A stretch of 64,000 bases of DNA from a virus (Duplodnaviria; Heunggongvirae; Uroviricota; Caudoviricetes): the IMG/VR virus record IMGVR_UViG_3300048599_000194, positions 111,177 to 175,176 of that record; one strand, given 5' to 3'. The notes beneath the pieces were generated by a model that made no database searches, was not told the origin of the DNA, and saw only the letters and a program-made list of their open reading frames with translations. Shown piece by piece: positions 1 to 10,781 of the stretch (the first letter of the stretch is position 1; each line of letters starts with the position of its first letter). The translations under genes and the position numbers were made by a program.

Positions 1-2
1 GC

Positions 3-1103
3 GTCGTATATTTGCGTATTCGTAGGGGTGGAAATCCATACACACTAACAACAGGTACTTTTAAGGATTTTGCGCTTACTTCACTTGGAATGGACGGTAG
101 GTTTGTATTGAAGCGCGATGTCCTGGAATACTTAGTTTTGAAAAAAGTCATAATGGAAGCAGATTCTGAAGGATATTTACATAATGAATTAATGTATCCA
201 CTCAAGGATAATAATTCCGTAGTTGACATTAGTAAAATCAATGAACATAACAAACTTAAAGTAAAATTCAATATTGAATTAAATTCAGATGCAGGGTCTA
301 GTCAAATAATCGCATCGATAGCCAGCGACGATAATGCAATTTCGTTAGCTTCACAATCTATTCCAATGCCATATTATTCAATATCAGACATCTATTCAAG
401 TGTTAAAGTTTCATCTAAGGTGGAAAACAATGATTTAACTATATCCTCTCTCGAAATATATAGTGACGTTGTTGGTAATACAATAGATCCATTGGATGGA
501 AGTCGATACGCCCCCCCAGTAATATACCTAACGAAGGGAGTGTCTTTAGGTACTCCAATTGCTTTAGATTCGTCGGGTGTTGATTTGTATTTACCTTTAG
601 ATCTAACTTTAATTTTTAACGCACTACCTTCACATCGAAATGTACCATCTAGCCAAATATGGATTTCATTGGATGGCGGCGATTTTATTAATGCAACGTC
701 CATATCAATATCTGGAGTTGCTAAGTATAAAACTCATACTTTTAGGGCGTATGTTGAGGGTAGCGGTGATATTGAATCTAGCATAGTAGTTGAACGAAAA
801 TTCACAATATACCCAGTAATGAGCACTCCAGTATTTTCGGTTAGTAATTCAAATGGGATACTTACAGTATCCGCAACATCTGAATTTGGAATTTTATATT
901 CAACAGATGGAGCCTATCCTGATTATGTAAATAGATCTAACGTAGCAATGTATACTGAGCCTTTCAAGATAGTCAAACGTACCGTCATAAAGGCAGTGTC
1001 GGTATTTGAAAATCAGTATAGTAATGTCGCGGAATATGTGTTTGACCCGGATGAAATATTCACCTTAACTGCTACATTAGCAACCGTTACAATCACGGTT
1101 TAA
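3..1103 (+). CDS. 5'-partial virion/tail-associated protein with C-terminal chitobiase/Fn3-associated domain
   Basis: Frame is open from the window edge; C-terminal STPVFS..ILYSTDGAYP..YTEPF..TVIKAVSV matches the Fn3-associated/CHB_HEX_C pattern; adjacent to baseplate genes. Confidence 0.55.
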   Translation, partial: VVYLRIRRGGNPYTLTTGTFKDFALTSLGMDGRFVLKRDVLEYLVLKKVIMEADSEGYLHNELMYPLKDNNSVVDISKINEHNKLKVKFNIELNSDAGSSQIIASIASDDNAISLASQSIPMPYYSISDIYSSVKVSSKVENNDLTISSLEIYSDVVGNTIDPLDGSRYAPPVIYLTKGVSLGTPIALDSSGVDLYLPLDLTLIFNALPSHRNVPSSQIWISLDGGDFINATSISISGVAKYKTHTFRAYVEGSGDIESSIVVERKFTIYPVMSTPVFSVSNSNGILTVSATSEFGILYSTDGAYPDYVNRSNVAMYTEPFKIVKRTVIKAVSVFENQYSNVAEYVFDPDEIFTLTATLATVTITV

Positions 1104-1131
1104 TTAGATTTCTTCAATACTAAATATCCAT

Positions 1132-3045
1132 ATGAGTTGGACTTCTTTCAGTGCATTACAAAATAACGAATGGTGGGGCGTATATAAGGCTCCGAATGGG
1201 ACAATATACGCCGCAGATACAGGAGGAGTTAGTTATATTTACTCATCAGAAGATGGGGGATTGACCTGGAATTCATGTTCGGCAGATGGTGGATGGAATG
1301 GATTATCTGGAGATAGTGCTGGTAATGTATATGCCGTGTGGAATATGAATTATGTGTATAAATTGGTTAATGGGGCATTTACTGCATTAACATCGTCCGG
1401 TTCTAGGGCCTGGTACGATATAGATTGCACTCCAAGTGGAGATATTTACGCAGTTGCTTGGGGTGATTATATTTACAAATCTATTGATCATGGAGTCACT
1501 TGGACTCCTATTATATCTGCAGGACAGGGGTCGTGGTCGTCAATTGACGCACGAATTCCAAATAGGATACGAGCAATTAGAAGCGGCGGTGTGGTATATG
1601 AATCGCTAGATTCAGGAGTTACCTGGAATGTATCATCGTTTTCAGGGACACGCCAGTTCTTTAGGATGAGATCAGCTCCAGATGGAACAATTTATTCTAA
1701 TGAACTATACGGAAGTTTGTTAATTTCTAAAGACAATGGCTCTACTTGGACTTCAATTGCACCTCCAACTGGAACAGGTACTATATGGTCGATTCATCCA
1801 TTATCATCCAAATCTGCATTAATTGGAATGTCTGTTGGACCCTTACTCACATACACTGAAGATGTAATAATATATAATGACGCAGTTACAGTGACTCTCG
1901 GCAATTATACTGGAACTACATACTATACCTTGGACGGATCTAATCCACTAGACATAAAAAATATTGCACGTCGAATCTACGTTGAACCATTTAAGGTTTT
2001 GCCAATTGGATCAAATGTAGTAAATCTACACATAGCAACTATACAACCTGGACATAAGTCAGCAAATACATATCCGGACAATCCTACTGTAATTGAATTC
2101 TCATTTACATGTAATCCTTGGAGAATTTCAGAAAGTTCTATGGATTACGGAGTTGCAACCGTAACTGAAGTAGATACTCTTAAAATATATACAGGTGCAT
2201 CATTAGAGAGAAGTAAAGGATTTACTGGTGATTATTTCTATGGATTTGACATATTGAATGCAATTGGTAATTCGAGTTTAGTATTTGGATTGAAATCTTA
2301 CTTAGGTGTAGTTAATAATTTATCTGAAGGTGAATACACAACTAAATGGAAATCTCCGAGTTTAACATTTTTAGATAGAGTAGATGACGTAATAACGTGT
2401 TGTGTTGGATATCGAAAAGGGCTAGAGGATAAGAATCACTTTGACGAAATTGGTAGATTTGATTGGAACATAAATGAACCGTTGCCAGTAATTGCATATT
2501 TCAAAGACGAGATAGTAACACCTAATAATTCAATTGTGTATAAAGCAAGCGAGCTACACGAAAGAGTATCAATTGATGGCGATGCATATCTAGATGAATT
2601 ATATGGAGTTAAAGTATCTTCAGGAACTCCAAAAAATATCATAGTATATGATATCCCGGCGAATACTAAGGTATTTGTATATGTTGACATGGATAATATC
2701 CCAGATTCATCTGACATATTCATAACAAAAAAAGGAAATGCCCCTGGTAGTGAATTAGTTATTTCTACCACATGGGGACTATTTGAAATGGACGATGTAT
2801 ATAAGTTAAAAGAGGAAGCCACTATTAGTATATATAAAGGTGACGGTGCCATATTATCAAAACTAGATAATTTTACTGCATATAGAACTTCAAGAAATAT
2901 CAAATTAAGAGTGAATGGATTAGAAACTGAATATGTACGAGCATCAAACGTAAACTTGGATTACATAATGATGAATCTAATGGAAGTTAATTCCGAATTA
3001 GATTCATGTGTTGAGATTGGAAATGTAAAGGGCGGATGCCTCTAA
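1132..3045 (+). CDS. BNR/Asp-box beta-propeller protein with Fn3-associated domain, putative tail/receptor-binding protein
   Basis: Four SxDxGxTW Asp-boxes (SEDGGLTW, SIDHGVTW, SLDSGVTW, SKDNGSTW); YYTLDGSNP..YVEPF; TAAATA 5 nt upstream of ATG. Confidence 0.6.
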   Translation: MSWTSFSALQNNEWWGVYKAPNGTIYAADTGGVSYIYSSEDGGLTWNSCSADGGWNGLSGDSAGNVYAVWNMNYVYKLVNGAFTALTSSGSRAWYDIDCTPSGDIYAVAWGDYIYKSIDHGVTWTPIISAGQGSWSSIDARIPNRIRAIRSGGVVYESLDSGVTWNVSSFSGTRQFFRMRSAPDGTIYSNELYGSLLISKDNGSTWTSIAPPTGTGTIWSIHPLSSKSALIGMSVGPLLTYTEDVIIYNDAVTVTLGNYTGTTYYTLDGSNPLDIKNIARRIYVEPFKVLPIGSNVVNLHIATIQPGHKSANTYPDNPTVIEFSFTCNPWRISESSMDYGVATVTEVDTLKIYTGASLERSKGFTGDYFYGFDILNAIGNSSLVFGLKSYLGVVNNLSEGEYTTKWKSPSLTFLDRVDDVITCCVGYRKGLEDKNHFDEIGRFDWNINEPLPVIAYFKDEIVTPNNSIVYKASELHERVSIDGDAYLDELYGVKVSSGTPKNIIVYDIPANTKVFVYVDMDNIPDSSDIFITKKGNAPGSELVISTTWGLFEMDDVYKLKEEATISIYKGDGAILSKLDNFTAYRTSRNIKLRVNGLETEYVRASNVNLDYIMMNLMEVNSELDSCVEIGNVKGGCL

Positions 3046-5348
3046 CCATTCTTAGTAGTTATTGTTATTCCATTTACTACATCTAGTTCAATTTGGGCGA
3101 TTTCGTTTGGTTGAGTGAAATTAGAAATATCACCAAACTCAGTAATTAAATATTTTGCGGTATAATAGTCAGTGTCATTTCTTAATTGAACAGCCCACCT
3201 GATGAAGGTGTCATATATCAATTCACTAAAATCACTGTTTATTAATCCACCATTCTCAATTGGCTTTTGGAATTCTGTGTTTAAGAAGTCAGAAACGCTC
3301 TTAATTTTTCCACCTACTATTAATGGATTAAGAAGCATTCTACCTAAAGTATTTTCCCACGCATAGTTTATGAAGTTAGCTACATTTGCTTCATACATTT
3401 TAGATTCATTAAGTAATGTACTACCTGGGTATCCAAATGTATCAAACATTTTGGTTAAGAACATGGACTTCAATAGTGTTCCATTTGAGGTAAATTCCGG
3501 GAACAATATTGAGGTTGGATATAGAGATTGTAATTTATACATTGATGCGAACAAATCATCGACCACACTTAAACTCTGACCCATTAATATATCTAGATAC
3601 TTAGAATCAGACGGTAATTCGGCGTATGGTTCAAATGATACGTGACAACCAACAATTGACTTTAGAGATTCAATGATCTTAATTATCTTCGATGAGTATA
3701 TTGGGAAGTTGAAATGAGTATTATCTTTCAAATAAGCAAATGATTTTTGCTGAATATCTGAAGCGATAGTGTTTTTATTTGATATTGGAGACACGAACAC
3801 CTCGACATTCATATTGTACTTATGTACCTTTGATGGGAAGTAGATGTGTCTAACTGTAGTTTGACCCTTGCGTTTAAGCGTCCTTAAAATATATCCAATC
3901 TCTGAAGTAGTGTCGATATTTTGCTTACTTAGTCTAAAAACTGACCCAAGGCTATTAACATATTGTTCATATTTTGATTGAGTAGATACGTCGTTTTCAA
4001 TTGAAGATAGATTGAAGCGAGAATCGAAAGTGGCCTTTATGTTACTAGTGACAGTACCAGCGTCCTGTATGCTCTGTGCAACCCCTAGAGTGTTGAACCC
4101 ACTAAGAATATACTCAGATGGGTAGGACGGGCGCAAAGAGCCTACAGTCCCCGTATAAAGGCTATTAATGGCAGTGAACATTACCGTATTGAAATAACGA
4201 TAATCACCTGCACCCATTTGATCCTCGCCAAATGCAAGTGCATGGGCCACGTTAGGCATAGTTAGAAGAATAGCTTTATAGTCATCGGTTGTAACCGCTC
4301 TATCCAATGCCGCAAATATTTTTGGAGAGTTATACCTAATTGAATCAATCGATTCGATATCAGCACCCCCAACTGCGCTTTCATCTAGGTAGAATGAAAT
4401 ATTATCTAATCCAATTGAGTTTACTGGATATGATTCAATGTCAATATTTTGAGCGTCGATTTTCAGGTCTTTTGAATTGTATAAATTCCCTGAAACTCCA
4501 GCAGTAGATAGATAAGTAACTTCGATTTCTCCACTAGGGATTGCTGAAATAATTCCATCTCCGAATAGGATCTGAACATTTCCTTCAGCATTTGTTGAAA
4601 TAAAGCATTTATAGTTTGTGCTTTTTATTAATTTTCCGCCATTCATTGACGGAGCCGTTGATTGATCTGCATTGTATAGAGATCGCCTATCTATTTCCCA
4701 TGCAACACCATCAACTTTAACTACCGTTATTCTGTTTTCTGGTACTTGATCATATAGAGGATCAGAATCCCCGAAATATTCAGAAAAAGTTGGATCTGCG
4801 ATTTCAAAAGACTGAAATATCTTGCCTTCTTCGGCATTGAAGGTTGCTGTTTTTAGATATCCCTGGATAATACCAGCACCTGCAGTCGGAGCTACTACTT
4901 TACCTGTGGCATCCCACTTAAAGGTATAATCGTCAAGAGTAATGAATGGATACGAATTAATTGAAAGGGCTGACTTTTTCTTTATGGTGAAAGATCCAGA
5001 GTAGTGGGAAACGGTTCCCTCCAAAACGACATAGAACGAGGATCCAGCGGGAACTGGTCGTCTAATTGAATATCCCTTACTAGCCGCATCAACTAGAGCA
5101 GATGACAATTTTGTTGCAAGCGGCGAGTAACTTTCTAACAATCCACTTTCTATTCCACGATACAGTAATTCAGTATATGCTGAGAATAGTTCATGTAGCA
5201 TTCTACCAGTACTTGAATTAAAGAAATCCTGAAGTCTTGGTGTTTGCAGATTTAATATGGCTGATACTTGAGATAACGTATCTTCATATGAAATCTTACT
5301 ATAGTTTAGGAATTTGTCGTTTCGACTGTCAACTTGCTCAGTGGCCAT
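3042..5348 (-). CDS. baseplate wedge subunit, T4 gp6-like
   Basis: GGADIESIDSIRYNSPKIFAALDRAVTTDDY and ILFGDGIISAIP..IEVTYLSTAG motifs typical of gp6/baseplate J family. Confidence 0.85.
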   Translation of the reverse strand: MATEQVDSRNDKFLNYSKISYEDTLSQVSAILNLQTPRLQDFFNSSTGRMLHELFSAYTELLYRGIESGLLESYSPLATKLSSALVDAASKGYSIRRPVPAGSSFYVVLEGTVSHYSGSFTIKKKSALSINSYPFITLDDYTFKWDATGKVVAPTAGAGIIQGYLKTATFNAEEGKIFQSFEIADPTFSEYFGDSDPLYDQVPENRITVVKVDGVAWEIDRRSLYNADQSTAPSMNGGKLIKSTNYKCFISTNAEGNVQILFGDGIISAIPSGEIEVTYLSTAGVSGNLYNSKDLKIDAQNIDIESYPVNSIGLDNISFYLDESAVGGADIESIDSIRYNSPKIFAALDRAVTTDDYKAILLTMPNVAHALAFGEDQMGAGDYRYFNTVMFTAINSLYTGTVGSLRPSYPSEYILSGFNTLGVAQSIQDAGTVTSNIKATFDSRFNLSSIENDVSTQSKYEQYVNSLGSVFRLSKQNIDTTSEIGYILRTLKRKGQTTVRHIYFPSKVHKYNMNVEVFVSPISNKNTIASDIQQKSFAYLKDNTHFNFPIYSSKIIKIIESLKSIVGCHVSFEPYAELPSDSKYLDILMGQSLSVVDDLFASMYKLQSLYPTSILFPEFTSNGTLLKSMFLTKMFDTFGYPGSTLLNESKMYEANVANFINYAWENTLGRMLLNPLIVGGKIKSVSDFLNTEFQKPIENGGLINSDFSELIYDTFIRWAVQLRNDTDYYTAKYLITEFGDISNFTQPNEIAQIELDVVNGITITTKNG

Positions 5349-5363
5349 GCATGATATTTAGAA

Positions 5364-7190
5364 TTAACCTGAGTATCTATTCATGTCTTTTTTCAATTGA
5401 GCTAGATTTCCTTTTTCTAGTTTCAATTGCTGTCTAAGTGTAGATAGTGACCCAAATATGGATTTGGCACTATATTCCAATTCAGCAAGTGCAACGACAC
5501 TTAATCTAAGTGCAATAGTAGACAAGAAAATAGCATTATCCAAAAAACTAGTAAGAGATGTAAAACCTAAACCAATTAAGGATGATTCATTATTCTTAAT
5601 TCGCTGTTCAATGAGTCTAATTCTATATTCGCATCGCTTAACTGCATTCTTTTTAATCGTATATGCAAGTCCACTAGGATATGGAATCATGGAATACATT
5701 TTAGACATTGAATATTCCTGATGTTCTTTCAACATGGATTCGGTTTGAACTAATTTCTCAACGCTAGATATTTTATAGTTTAGTGTTCTAGACAAGATTG
5801 AATAGAAATTCTTTGTTTTTATTCTATATACATATTCTTTGTCTTTGAACCCAAAAAACAAATCAGTATTTACTTGTTGCGATTGCATAATGGCCGCAAT
5901 CGCATCTAACGTAGCCTGATCAATGTCATTGAAAGTATCATCATATTCACTACTAGCTGGATCGCTCGCAAACAAATTACCAGTTCTTAACAAATTTTTA
6001 ATTTCTTCAGTTTGCGTATCTATCTGCGAGCCTAGTTTATCAACAGCTTCTTCGTAGTCAGTAGAATTTTCTGTAGATGTTATTGATGATGTTGAAGATG
6101 TTGATTTATTTGGATCATAACTACGAAGAAGTGTAACTTCACTCATTCTCCTAGCTTTAATGTCACTAACTAGATTGATAGCCTTCGTTTCAATATATCT
6201 AGCTAGATCTGTCGCTATATTTAATGACGTTGTCAGTATATTCTTAATATTCGTAATATCAGTAGTATTTTCTGCAGTTGCTAAATTCTTTCCAAACAAA
6301 TACGATACTATTGCAGTTGATATTTCAGTAGGATATTTCTTTGTATCTATAGAATGCTGATTACTTAAATACGATATTATTGCTTGAATCTGAACCCCTA
6401 ATATTGCAGTTGCAATAGCTTCAGAAATTTCAACTGTAGTATTATTTGAATACAATTCATATGCTTTTGATCCACTAACTCCATTAAATAATGCTAATTT
6501 ATCTGCAATGTCGCTAGATACTCCTGCACTTGATAATAAATCTCTTAATGGATAATCACCTTTTAATGAAGAAAAATCAGATAGATTCAACGCATATCCA
6601 ATATATACCTTAGTTAGATCTGTATGTACTATGGCATTTCCTGATTCCAAGTTACTAGAAGTTCCTGCATCTTCAGTCATATCATATGCAGGGTGATGTG
6701 CTGTTATATCGGAATATATAATTACTTCATCGCCATCAGGTGAAATAGAGCCTTCAACCCCAACAGGACTTTTATTTGCATCGAAATGCATAGGATCCCA
6801 TTTTGATGGAGTGGATGGGTAAAAATCACCACCCCACCTACACCCATTACTTTTTGCAGTATTTCCGAGAAGTGATGAATATATGTCATGTAGTGAGTAA
6901 GTTTGACCTCCTATTGTATAGGGGGTACTTTGGCTTTTACAATTAGGAAAAGTACCAGTAACAATTGTGATCCCGTCCAAAATAATATTCAGATCACATG
7001 CCAATCCATAGAAGTGCATTGACTTCCTTCCAGGAATTGGATTTCTCCTAACTGATGTAATCGCAACAGTTACTGTATGACCATTCCATGTACTTGGAAT
7101 CGAATCAATCACAGATAACGCAATTGCTTTCCATGAAGGCTCAAACATACCCGACGATGTTCCATTGAACCAATTAACTATTTGTGCCAT
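5364..7190 (-). CDS. baseplate-associated peptidoglycan hydrolase: N-terminal M15-type Zn peptidase plus central pesticin-like muramidase region and coiled-coil C-terminus
   Basis: SMHFYGLACD..WGGDF..WDPMHF (M15 motif); VYIGYALNLS..LSSAGVS..LFNGVSGSKA resembles pesticin-type lysozyme domain. Confidence 0.6.
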   Translation of the reverse strand: MAQIVNWFNGTSSGMFEPSWKAIALSVIDSIPSTWNGHTVTVAITSVRRNPIPGRKSMHFYGLACDLNIILDGITIVTGTFPNCKSQSTPYTIGGQTYSLHDIYSSLLGNTAKSNGCRWGGDFYPSTPSKWDPMHFDANKSPVGVEGSISPDGDEVIIYSDITAHHPAYDMTEDAGTSSNLESGNAIVHTDLTKVYIGYALNLSDFSSLKGDYPLRDLLSSAGVSSDIADKLALFNGVSGSKAYELYSNNTTVEISEAIATAILGVQIQAIISYLSNQHSIDTKKYPTEISTAIVSYLFGKNLATAENTTDITNIKNILTTSLNIATDLARYIETKAINLVSDIKARRMSEVTLLRSYDPNKSTSSTSSITSTENSTDYEEAVDKLGSQIDTQTEEIKNLLRTGNLFASDPASSEYDDTFNDIDQATLDAIAAIMQSQQVNTDLFFGFKDKEYVYRIKTKNFYSILSRTLNYKISSVEKLVQTESMLKEHQEYSMSKMYSMIPYPSGLAYTIKKNAVKRCEYRIRLIEQRIKNNESSLIGLGFTSLTSFLDNAIFLSTIALRLSVVALAELEYSAKSIFGSLSTLRQQLKLEKGNLAQLKKDMNRYSG

Positions 7191-8614
7191 TAATATACCG
7201 CCTTTAGTTTGGACGAATAAGGCAGAATACCCTTTAAGAAATCAATATTGACATGTCCATCTGCGGCTTCTACGCTTGCAATTTCACCATTATTTCCAAA
7301 TGTTTCTGCAAAAATTGAATTTATGTATTTCGTGAGATTATCATTTGCTTTTACTAGTGGATTAATCCATTTTCCGAATCTACTTAATTCTAATTCAGCA
7401 AGTAACTCGCTTACTTGATTGTTAATATTTCCACAAATATATGAGTTACACCCATTCATTGAATCTAAGATATTCACAACGTCCAATATAGAATACCTGC
7501 GTCTTTTTATTACACCGTCTTCAAATTTAGAACTACCACAGTCTGGAAATAACCACCCAATGGTACTATTGACTAAAATTCCAAGCAATCGACTTCTAGT
7601 TCTTAAGAAATTATTATATCGGTCTTCTAACTTATGTAATGGAGCCATTGCTTTTTCATATACATTAGCGATTCCATATTGAACATATGAACGACCAAGC
7701 TCGTTCAGTTTCTTGGCTCCATTAAACAACCCATTAAATGGGTTAAATTTATTAAGTAAATCATTTATCTCATCCACGTCGATTAATTTAATTGCTTTCC
7801 TTCGTTCAAGGAAAGCAATGACATCGGAAGCTGAACAAAAATGAAGATCTTCACTTTCGCTCGACATTCCAATCTTATTGAAAACTGACCTCATACTATT
7901 AGAAGAACATGGATTTACTAGTTGATTAAACAAGTCGATCATAGGTCCAGATACTACTTCACAATTTTTCAAAAAATTCTCAACGTCATCCAGAAATGAA
8001 AATAAATCATTTAATTTGAATGTAAATGTTACATCTAAGGAACCGGAACTATCTTGCATTCCCTGTAAAAATGCGCCGAAACAATCGAACAGTTTATTCG
8101 TTAAGCTATTAGCAATATCCTTTATTTTTTGTATTATCTTATATAGTGCATTTAATATTGTCAGGGGAATAGAAATTATTGATTTTATTGCCATTAGTAA
8201 AATTTGCATAGAAGGGGCCAATACCCCGCAATAAAAACCTCGAATATTAAGACCTAATGGAGAGTTCATAACAGATCCAACAACACGACGACCAAATGAT
8301 TTAACTGAGTCAATTGCATTGTTTATTGAATCCATAGATGAAGAAACAAATTTCATTATCGCATTGTTCTTAAGTAAACTTCCAATTTCGTCTAATATGT
8401 TAGTTGAACAGTCACCAGATACTGAAGAGGCAATTGCACCCATCGCAGATGATCCAAATTGATAGCACTTGTCTATCTTGATATTATCGCTAAAATTCTC
8501 AACTTTAGCTATTTGGCGACCAAGATAATTCCTATTAGTTACATCAGATGAAATACTCCCTGCGGAATATCCGTCTTTAGTTATGTTTACAATCGTAACA
8601 TCAATAATGCCCAT
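7190..8614 (-). CDS. hypothetical baseplate-region protein
   Basis: 474 aa ORF in baseplate operon, TAAATA 5 nt upstream. Confidence 0.6.
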   Translation of the reverse strand: MGIIDVTIVNITKDGYSAGSISSDVTNRNYLGRQIAKVENFSDNIKIDKCYQFGSSAMGAIASSVSGDCSTNILDEIGSLLKNNAIMKFVSSSMDSINNAIDSVKSFGRRVVGSVMNSPLGLNIRGFYCGVLAPSMQILLMAIKSIISIPLTILNALYKIIQKIKDIANSLTNKLFDCFGAFLQGMQDSSGSLDVTFTFKLNDLFSFLDDVENFLKNCEVVSGPMIDLFNQLVNPCSSNSMRSVFNKIGMSSESEDLHFCSASDVIAFLERRKAIKLIDVDEINDLLNKFNPFNGLFNGAKKLNELGRSYVQYGIANVYEKAMAPLHKLEDRYNNFLRTRSRLLGILVNSTIGWLFPDCGSSKFEDGVIKRRRYSILDVVNILDSMNGCNSYICGNINNQVSELLAELELSRFGKWINPLVKANDNLTKYINSIFAETFGNNGEIASVEAADGHVNIDFLKGILPYSSKLKAVY

Positions 8615-8627
8615 TTAATTATTTATC

Positions 8628-9248
8628 CTATGCTCCTGGCATTGCAGACACCAACAAATAATCGCTTCCTCCAATATGTGGACCTTTTGTATAAGGGCAT
8701 ATTGATGCTTCCGTTATTACTCTAAATTTAGGCAATGGAATTCCACCTGGGCCGGATTCATGACTTAATACACCTTCCTTATCAATGGTGAATTTCGCCC
8801 CACTAGAATGATCAATAACGTAATTACCTGTTGATTTATTATATGAAATTGTAGTTCCATCCTGGGAATTGTAAATTTCTTGATTTTGTTGTTTGCTTTG
8901 CTTCTGCCCTTTAGTTACTAAAGAATCACCTTTTGCCTTTGATGGATTACCCCATATCGGAAAATGAATGTCTCCATTTTCAAATGTAATATCAACATAT
9001 GTTCCAGCCGCTGGAATTGGGTATGTTCCACTACCTCTAGCCCAAGGCTGTGCTTTATTTGGTAAAGAATCAGTAAGCCCGAATATTTTAACTCGAATAT
9101 ATTGAGACTTCCTAGTATCAGTCTTACATTTGGTAACTATTCCTCGATATACTCCAGTGAATTTAGTCATCGAATCATTTAATATGCTAGTTTTTAATTT
9201 TTCAAATCCACTAGTTTTCAAATCATCTTGTACGTTAATGTTTGCCAT
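8628..9248 (-). CDS. baseplate spike protein, gp5/gpV OB-fold-like
   Basis: YRGIV..IRVKIFGLT..PWA..IPAAGTYVDITFENGDIHFPIW; C-terminal C..H (CPYTKGPH) spike-tip motif. Confidence 0.75.
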   Translation of the reverse strand: MANINVQDDLKTSGFEKLKTSILNDSMTKFTGVYRGIVTKCKTDTRKSQYIRVKIFGLTDSLPNKAQPWARGSGTYPIPAAGTYVDITFENGDIHFPIWGNPSKAKGDSLVTKGQKQSKQQNQEIYNSQDGTTISYNKSTGNYVIDHSSGAKFTIDKEGVLSHESGPGGIPLPKFRVITEASICPYTKGPHIGGSDYLLVSAMPGA

Positions 9249-9252
9249 AGTT

Positions 9253-10431
9253 TTAATCCTGACCTAAATTAGAAGAATTAGACATCAATTGTATTGTTGT
9301 TTGAAATGAACACATTCCCGATGACATATCTCGCTTAAAGTGATAACCTTTGCGCATTACTAAGTATTTACCCGAAGTCATCTTAGTTTTATTGAATTTA
9401 CCTTCATTGTTTATTGACCCATCAATAACTTCAACGACATCACCCGCCTGAGTAAAAGTCTCATTATCACATGTGATGGTTAAATTCAATGAGTAAGATG
9501 CAATTACGGCTCGCCTATATGAAGGGGCAATTGGATATTTTTCATACACTTGCGGCGAGTTACTTGGTTGATATACAATGACATTAACTCCACCATCTCT
9601 AGTTGTCGATCCAGTGCTTATTGTTTTTGAAGTTGCTTCCATCTTATTTTTCGATGAATTAGCCTTAACTTCTCTTAATTCAATTGTCGATGCTTCTTTA
9701 GTAAATCCAGACTGATTCGTAAACTGCTTATCTCTAAAATAGATAACTGGATTAGATACACCATCTACCATCAATTTACCATTATTCATTGCCGCATTGA
9801 TGTAGTTATGAGGACTAACCATAAAAGTACTTTTTGCTTTGCCTTGAAATTTCTCCTTTATTCCATATAACCCAACACCTCCATCTAATCTAATATTGTA
9901 GATAAGGGCACTGTCTTGTATGAAAGACCTATCGCATATGTAGTTTATTGCCGTCAAGAAATTATGATTTACTATTAACCATGACATTGAATCTTGAGTA
10001 TTTACGTTTGATTCAACATTTAATGTAATTGATTTCTTTTTACATATGTCTTTAATTACAGCTAAACTGGTTTGATCTTGATACCCAGTGGGGGGTATTA
10101 AACTCAATAGATTACCATTATTTCCTCGTAATATGAATATCAATTCTATTTCGTGGGTTGAATTATCTATTTTACTGTTTTTAATTATACTTGATACGAT
10201 CTCCGCCTTAAATATTATCTCAGATTTGTCGTTCCCGTCATATGTTCCCATAGTTATTTCAATTTCAGTATATTCCTTGAAATCGTAATTAGCATCTACT
10301 AGCTTCATTTTATCATTAAATATTATTCTACCCCAAGGAAAATACCCTAAATTTTCGTAGATTGCGCACTCAATAATTGAGCTACTATCCATTGCTAATG
10401 TTCCGAGCCTAAAATAGCACGCTGATTGCAT
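9253..10431 (-). CDS. baseplate hub protein, gp27-like
   Basis: Size and position upstream of spike; C-terminal AGDVVEV..SGKYLVMRKGYHF pattern. Confidence 0.6.
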   Translation of the reverse strand: MQSACYFRLGTLAMDSSSIIECAIYENLGYFPWGRIIFNDKMKLVDANYDFKEYTEIEITMGTYDGNDKSEIIFKAEIVSSIIKNSKIDNSTHEIELIFILRGNNGNLLSLIPPTGYQDQTSLAVIKDICKKKSITLNVESNVNTQDSMSWLIVNHNFLTAINYICDRSFIQDSALIYNIRLDGGVGLYGIKEKFQGKAKSTFMVSPHNYINAAMNNGKLMVDGVSNPVIYFRDKQFTNQSGFTKEASTIELREVKANSSKNKMEATSKTISTGSTTRDGGVNVIVYQPSNSPQVYEKYPIAPSYRRAVIASYSLNLTITCDNETFTQAGDVVEVIDGSINNEGKFNKTKMTSGKYLVMRKGYHFKRDMSSGMCSFQTTIQLMSNSSNLGQD

Positions 10432-10778
10432 TATCTATTCCCTGTTACTTTTAATATGTATTCATTGATGTCACTAATTGAAGGTATTACTATCCTTCTA
10501 CCTAGATACAGATCTGTGATTATGTTATCTACATTTGGCTTTCCTTGTCGAATTCTAAACGTATCCCTCATCACCATTGGTATTCTAACATTATTAGCCT
10601 TTGCAATTGCCCACCACAGTCTAAAATCAGAATACTGTAACTGAGCTATAACCCAAGGCTTGCCTACTAATTGCTGGGTTATGGTTAATACGTTTAATGA
10701 TCTCAGTTCAAAGGTATCTGGAGATGATAATAAATCCAAGCCTTCTTTATCATACACGAATAAATCTCCATAGTTCAT
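10431..10778 (-). CDS. baseplate wedge gp53/LysM-like protein
   Basis: IAQLQYSDFRLWWAIAKANNV..GRRIVIP motif. Confidence 0.7.
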   Translation of the reverse strand: MNYGDLFVYDKEGLDLLSSPDTFELRSLNVLTITQQLVGKPWVIAQLQYSDFRLWWAIAKANNVRIPMVMRDTFRIRQGKPNVDNIITDLYLGRRIVIPSISDINEYILKVTGNR

Positions 10779-10781
10779 TTA

